This document shows, in pieces, positions 57,191-64,000 of a stretch of 64,000 nt of DNA. Position numbers and translations under genes: made by a program. Positions within the stretch are counted from its first letter, which is position 1; every line of letters starts with the position of its first letter. The notes below the pieces were generated by a model. The model did no database searches. It saw only the letters and a program-made list of their open reading frames with translations, and was not told where the DNA came from. Source of the stretch: Chrysemys picta bellii (lineage: Eukaryota); the NCBI RefSeq assembly GCF_011386835.1, contig NC_088795.1:144026001-144090000 (forward strand), read 5' to 3'.

Positions 57191-60142
57191 ACAAAGGACA
57201 ATAACCATCAGCTGGGACCAAGCCCACAGGAAGCTCCTCAACTCCATGGGGCACTTCCTGGATTCCCTATTCCTCCTCTGCTCTTTCACCTTCCCCAGCA
57301 AGGAGCAGGGCAGGGGGACCAGCCCTGGGATGGGAGGGGAAGCCTGGGCAGCAGGAGGGGTTGGGAGACCCCAGAGGGGGCAGGTGTTGGCTGGATAGAG
57401 AGGAACGAAGGGGTGGGACGGAAGGGGTGGGAGCCCCAGCGCTTGGGCCATAGAACAAGGCACAACGGCCCATGCTGCCCGGGACGGCCCAGACTCGCTT
57501 ACCCTGCCTGGCACTGCCAGCTACACAGCCGGGGCCTCCCGTCCTCCCTGGGCATTGGCCAACAGCCCTCAGTGTGTCCAGCTCCGTGCACCATGGCAGG
57601 CACACAGCTCGGGGATTGTTTTAAGGCACGAACGGCCATAAACCTCCTGCACGGCCACTTCGCCAGGCCCCCCGGAGCGTTCATTGGGCAGTTTGATTGG
57701 TCTCCCCCAGCCAGTGATCACAACGAACAGAAAAACATTCGGGAAATTCTCCCCGGCCTTGTCGTGGGCGTACGTGAGCCGAACCCAGCCCCCGCAGGAG
57801 GCCAGCAGCCATCCCAGGCAGCTGCCGGGTGGTGAGTTGGGCACTGACCCGGGAGCCTGGCACTGCTGGTGATGGGGGCAGGCTGCTCAGTGCCTCCCTT
57901 TGCACACCTGGCCTTACACACTTTGGTGCAAAGCTCTGTGGATCTAACACTTCCCTGGGGAGACCCCGGATGGCCTGACTCCCAGCCATGGGCTCTAACC
58001 ACAGGCCCCTCGTGCTGCTCAGAAGCTCGGCTGCTCTGGGGCATGGTGAGCGACGGCTGCTCTCGGGGAAATGCTCCATGCCCGGCACAGGGGAGGGCCT
58101 GACGTGCGCCGGATCCCCTCGGTTCGGCCTGGCCCTTACACACCCAGGCACCGCGGGAAGCTCTGGAGAGGGAGCGCAGCAGTCACTGCTCGCCCGCTCA
58201 CACCTGTTCTGCTGCCTGGCTGGGCAGGACGCCTGGGTTCTCTCCCCTGCTCTCAGAACACCCTGGGCTCCAAAGCTCAGTGTAGCCGCGGCTTGGCCAG
58301 CCAGTCCCCAGGAACAGCCCCCACCTCCACGGCCCCTGCATGGGCACTGCGGGCTGGCCAGCTCAGGGCCTTGGAAGCGGTTTCAGTCCCTGCTTTTGCA
58401 GCCGAGGAGGAAACGCTCCCAGCTGCAGCCAGGAGCAAAGCCTGTTCCTCTCCCGAGCAGCCCCTTAGCACCATGGCCAGGGCCGGCTCTGGCTTTTTTG
58501 CCGCCCCAGGCAAAAAAGCCTCCCATTGCCCCCCCCACCCCCGCCGCCCACGGGGAGCGTGGCAGGGGAGGGCGCCAAGCCCGGCTGGAGCGCCGGGGGG
58601 AGGGTGGCGAGCCCGCCGCGGCTTCGCTGGTGGCCAGAGTGCCGGGGTGAGGTCGGAGGGCCCGGCTGCAGCTCCGCTGTCCCCGGCGGCCAGAGCGCTG
58701 CGGGCAGGGCGGCGAGCCCAGTCGTGGCCCCGCTCTCGGGCCGGAGCACCGCGCCGCCCCCCTCCAGGTGCCACCCCAAGCACATGCTTGGTGGGCTGGT
58801 GCCTGGAGCCGGCCCTGACCATGGCACAGGGCCCCCCAGGCCAGCCATCATTCTGTGGCTGTGCAAACCCCCAGGCTGCAGCGACACTCTGCAGTGTCCC
58901 CAACCCCCTCTCCCAGCTGCAGAACTCAGCTGTGCACAGACCCAGCCAGGCGCCTCCCAGCCGGAGGGAAAGCCCCCCACTTCCAGCCAGGAGCTCCAGA
59001 GCAGCGGTGATACAACCGCTAGCTGCCCAGAGCCGAGATGTAGCCGCCCTCCCCGGGAATCCAGCCAGCTGGCAGGGCCCAGGCTGCTTAAAGGGAAAGC
59101 AGGCTTTAGAGAGAGCCTGACGCAGGCAGCTCTGCCTGGGGGGACAGGACGGGGTCTTTGCAACAGTTCAGCTTTCCCCCGACAGCCGCACTCCAGCAAT
59201 AAGCTGCTCCCCCCCCCACGCACTCCAGAGCCCCCCCCTCTAACTGCTTCCCTCCTTGCTGGCGGAAGCTCAAGCTGGTTCCTGGGCGTGGAAGCAGATT
59301 ACAGCTGTGTCTCGTCGCCTTTGCATGGCACCAAACGAGCTGCTCTGTGGCTGGGAGTCCCCATCTCTGTAAGGGGATCACAGCACGACCCCCCCGCCAG
59401 CGGCCGAGGCACATTCCCTGGGGGTCAGGCCTCGGCCACTTCACGCAGCAGCTAACAGCCAGAAGCCAGGCTGTGTGGGCTAGTGGCTGGGGCAGTGGGC
59501 TAGCATGCAGGAGACCGGGGCTACCCCAGCTCTGCCCCGACCTGCTGCGGGATGTCGGCTCAGTCCCTTCCCCTCCCTGGGCCTGTTTCCCCTCAGCCCT
59601 TTGCCTGGGGCTTCTCTCTGGACTGGGAGCTGCTGGGGGCAGAGCCTGTCTGGCTGTGTGTGTGCACCACAATGGGGTGACCAGGGTCTGCGGGGGTCAC
59701 ACACTCAACGAATAGTGTCGGTTGCAGGTGTAACTGGGGTGGGGGTGGGGGATGTGAGCAAACTGGAGTCACAGCTCTTCCCCCCCCCCAGTTCCTCTTG
59801 CCCAGATACGGGGGATGGGCACTCAGCAAATGGAAAGAACAATGGAACCTCCCCCGGGTTATTGGCATCCCACGTGAGCTCGCTGAAGGCCAGTTGATGC
59901 GAAGCTCTGGTACCAGCTCTGCGCCGGAGAGACATCCCTGATGCTGCGGGTACTGCAGAAACGCTCCAGGCTGCGCCAGGGCTGTCTGTGGGGCAGGGAC
60001 ATTTTATAGTGGGGGGCTGAAAGCCAGTGAAACTACCCCCAAAGTTTTTACCTCGCACCCCACTTAGTCCTGTCTGCGCCCTTTCCCCCACTCTCCCCAG
60101 AGCTGAGGCTGGGAGCAGGGTGGTGTCTCCGGGAGAGGGGTG

Positions 60143-63100
60143 TGTGTTATAACTGTAATATAATATCTCATTGACAGATGACAGGGCCAGAAAGAGTTAA
60201 TTAAACTGACCTGACCCATGGCCGGAGTTTAGAAACTGGTTAGGAAGATCTGTAAATGAATAGAGCTTTGAAATGCAGGCTGCATTGTTAGAGGTAGAAG
60301 GGGAGGTGTTTGCTCAGGGCTTGTGATGTAAGCAAACAAGTCTTGTCTATTGCTATAGCTTTGATTCAAAGATCAAAAAAGGAATATTAACATTTAGGAA
60401 GACACTTGAGGGAAATAGTATCATTGTCTCTATGTCTCTTTGAAGGTTGTGGTAACCTGGATCTGAACTGTTTAATGGATAAATTACCCTGTGCTAATTG
60501 CCAGGATGTTTGGAAGAAGAGTTAAGCCTATTGTTTTCTCAGGCCAAAAGGCTGCTGGAAATGTATAAAAACCCTGAGACATGATCCTGCTTCATGTCAG
60601 ATCTGCTTTGGGTTTCAAGAGGGGGAAACCTTCAGCCATAAGGATTGAGGTCCCCAGTCATTGACTGGAGTCATCCTGAATATGGACATTGGACTATAAC
60701 CTATGGACTATTTCTAAAAGGACTTTTGGCAACTACAGGCTCAAGAATTGAATTCAAGTCTGTCTGTATATTGATCTTTTAACCAGCACGCTCTCTTTTC
60801 TTTTTTAATAAATTTTAGCTTAGTTAATAAGAATTGGCTATAGTGTGTATTTTGGGTAAGATCTAAGTTATAATTGGACCTGGGTGTGTCCAGTTATATC
60901 CTTTGAGGTTGGAAGAACCTTTTCTTTTCTATGATGAGATCAGATTTTCCGTAATCATCATCATATCTGACGTGTGTGTCTGGACGGAGGCCTGAGGCTG
61001 GGCACTTTAGGGGGACTGCGTTGTTTGGACTCTGAGTAACCAGTGAGGTAACACAGAGGCTGTTTGGAGCTGGTTGGTAAATCTAAGTATTGGAAGATCC
61101 ACCAGCGTTTGGGGTTTCTCTGCCCCGTTCTGTTTGCAGTTCACCCTGATCGAGTGACCTCAGCTGGGTCCCACGGGCAGCGCCGTCACAATGCCGTATC
61201 AGCAGGATCCACAGAACCAGGTCAATGAAGCTCTGGGTCAGAACCCCACGTTATCCAAATTTGAATTTTGGGATTGAGAGTTTGGTGGGTTAAAGAGCAG
61301 TTGCAATGGGTGAGCAAAGAGCATATGAAAGTCTTGATAAAAAAGCCCTGGAAGGTTTGTGTTCAGAAAAGGGGATAAGCTTTAGAAAGAAAGCTACAAA
61401 TGAAGAACTGAGAGATATGTTAATGGCCAGTGATCCGGAGGCAGGAGCACAGCCCTTACCTGAGGCTACAGAAGATGCAGAAAAAGTTTGAATGCAAATG
61501 GCAGCAAATAAACTGTAACTTGAGCATGAACAGAAGCTCGCAGATCTTCGATGGCTGGAAAAGCAAAACATAGCAGAATTAGAAAGAGAAGCTGATCAAA
61601 GAAAGAAGGAGGCTGATGAGAGAGAAGAGAGAGCTCGTAAGGGGCGTCTGGAGCTGCTGGCTGCTGAGGAGAAAGCTCACCAGATGCAACAGGAGACTCA
61701 CCAGATGCAACAGGACACGGTCTGACTTCAGCTCCACGTCCAAAAAGCAAGGGAAGAACAGCAGAAAGTGTATCCTCCTGAAAGTCCAGTTGATAACAAT
61801 GTTGGTATGTTGTATAACGCTGAGCAATTGTCTGGGTGTAACGAAATGTACCCCAGCGCTGCCACCTTTTATGTAAATGCCGTTACTGTGAGTTCAGTAG
61901 AAGGTGACCCCATACATTGGGCCAGTGCTCTGTATGGGAGTGTTAATGAAAAAATCAGAGAGAGTGTAAAAGTCAATGGTAAAAGCTGTTTAGGGCAAAT
62001 TATGGCTTCTAACGTCACTCTTGTTAAAGCAGATCTTGTCAAAGAGGAAGATCACTTACCAAATCCTAGTGCGAATGTTGATGTCCTCTATGAGTTTACT
62101 GTCCGTGTGCCTTTAGCCAGAATCCACCTTGAATGGAATGGTACGAAGCATGAAGTTATATAGCTGGTGTAAGGAAGTTATTGCCTAAGGATCTTTTGAT
62201 TGGGGAAGATGTTAAAGCTCTGTTCAGTCCAGGTAGCCAATCACAGGAAAGGAATGATCTTAAACCTGTGTCTGTTATGGGCAATGATTTGCCTGGGGAG
62301 GGCGTCTCCAAATGTTTGTCTGAGAAGAGCTATTTGGCTGTGAATGAAGTTTCTGAATGTCTGTCTAATGTCTCAGAAGCAAATCTGAAATTAGATCAAG
62401 CGAAGGGAGAGGAGAATAAGGCTTGGTCTACACTACCCCCCTAATTCGAACTAAGGTACGCAACTTCAGCTACGTGAATAACGTAGCTGAAGTCGAAGTA
62501 CCTTAGTTCGAACTTACCTTGGTCCACACTCGGCAGGCAGGCTCCCCTGTCGACTCCGCGGTACTCCTCTCGCCAAGCTGGAGTACCGCAGTCGACGGCG
62601 AGCACTTCCGGGTTCGACTTATCGCGTCCAGACTAGACGCGATAAGTCGAACCCAGAAGTTCGATTGCCAGCCTCCGAACTAGCGGGTAAGTGTAGCCAA
62701 GGCCTAAGAAAAGTTTGGATGAGCCCAGGCAGCCTTGTGAGCTGATGGCTTTGTCTAGTCAGCAGTTTGGGAAGGCAAGGAGAGGGGAAGATGAATGTCC
62801 CTATACCTTACCTGTTACCTGTGTGGAGAATTGTGACAGTGGAGGAAATGTGCCTGTGTCTGTCAGGGGTATTGACTTGCCTATGGAGGAAGCTACCTCA
62901 GTCTCCAAGCAGTTGTCTGTGAACAGCCCTGTGCGCTGGGACAAGGAAAATGAAATCCCGAGCTATGTGTCTGGTAAAGGAGAAGGTGTCTCCGGGCTCT
63001 TCTTTGTCTGTGAAGCAGACTGTGATGGTCAAGGGTGATTCAGTTGTCTCAGAGTTGGTTCTGGATTCAACTAAAGCCCTGAAGGGAATGGTCTCAAGTT

Positions 63101-64000
63101 TGTGTCCGCTGGGGAGAATGGCACTGGAACTAGGTTGCATCCAGTTAGTGTCCTAGCAAAATCCCAGAGACCAGACAATTCTGGTGCTTGTATTTGGCCT
63201 ATTGCTAATGTGTGGTTGGAAAAGGATGTAGCAACTCTGTCTAATCAGGGTGATATCCTAGCCAGGGCACAAGGAGAGCAAGAAGGTGATTTAATTGTGT
63301 TACCCACTGATGGTTTGACAACTTGTAACAAGAAGGAAAAGATTCCTGAACTTGTGTGTGTGGCAAAGGGAAGGAGAATGCTTCTGACCTTTTATCTAAT
63401 GAGTCTATAAATTTGCCTGCAATGGGACTGTGTAGAAATCTGCCTGATGGGACGAAGGTGATCACGGATGTGAGTAAGACCCAAAAAGAGTCTGTTGTTT
63501 CTCAGGGAAGTGTTCCTTTAGAGCAAGCCCCAGGTGAAGAGGGTAAGGGCAGAATTTCTGTGATGGGGGAACGGTGGCTTAGAAAAGCTCCTAGGGAAAG
63601 GAATCCTCATGGTAATCTGTGCAAGCAGCTTGCTACAGCTAAAGGGTTTAAAAGTGATTTAATCCAGGAAGTTTCAGTTCCTAACAGCCAGAAATTGTCT
63701 GTTGTGAATGGATCCACTGACTTTCCTTTCGAAAGATCCAGTGTGGATAGCTCTGAGAAGGTCTCAGATGGAGTAAAAGCTGTTAAGAAAGTTGAGCAGC
63801 CCTATAATGAAGTGGCTGTGTTTGGCCAGCTTGTTGGGAAGACAATGGTGTTGGAACAGGAATGTCTCCGTGCTAATTCTGTGTGTGAGTAGTCTGTGCT
63901 TCAGGGTCTGAGGACAGATTTGGTTACTGGTGTTTCAGAGCAGAACAGTTGTATGGCTGAATGCTTAAAGATGTAGGGGAGAGCAAGCCAATTCTCACCC
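60143..64000 (+). mobile_element. Gypsy-B non-autonomous derivative, duplicate copy (LTR about 60143-61190)
   Basis: LTR, PBS-like TGCCGTATCAGCAGGAT, gag N-terminus, protease remnant, unassigned internal region. Confidence 0.85.
62420..62704. mobile_element. Harbinger-family MITE (285 bp)
   Basis: TIRs GGCTTGGTCTACAC / GGCCTTGGCTACAC, TSD TAA, empty site near 21288. Confidence 0.92.

Larger units (their letters stand above)
55256..64000 (-). repeat. Inverted segmental duplicate of 20031-33343 (NAT8 unit plus Gypsy-B)
   Basis: Colinear reverse-complement match of about 8.5 kb once the Harbinger and MITE are removed; continues past the window end. Confidence 0.92.

Overview
Vertebrate (non-coding-rich, eukaryotic) DNA; the repeat families (CR1 LINEs, a tRNA-headed/CR1-tailed SINE, Penelope hammerhead fragment, two-ORF Harbinger) suggest a turtle, which is an inference from recalled family features. 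The window is a transposon-dense segmental-duplication cluster holding three NAT8/camello-like N-acetyltransferase paralogues: copy 1 at 10326-11880 (+), interrupted by a solo LTR; copy 2 at 32333-33004 (+); copy 3 at 55596-56267 (-), inside an ~8.5 kb inverted duplicate. Around them are a near-complete Gmr1-like Gypsy retrotransposon, many solo LTRs with exact target-site duplications (TSDs), a non-autonomous Gypsy derivative, an apparently intact PIF/Harbinger plus a cognate MITE, a hAT relic and several minisatellites. The most interesting signals are: (1) the solo LTR in NAT8 copy 1 plus its TSD forms a GT...AG segment whose removal restores an in-frame 224-aa protein, a candidate LTR-born intron; (2) a Gypsy pol relic with strand-polarised GA>AA changes that look like APOBEC-type editing; (3) patchwork similarity among the NAT8 copies suggesting gene conversion. 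Splicing, editing and activity are hypotheses: nothing here was computed or searched.
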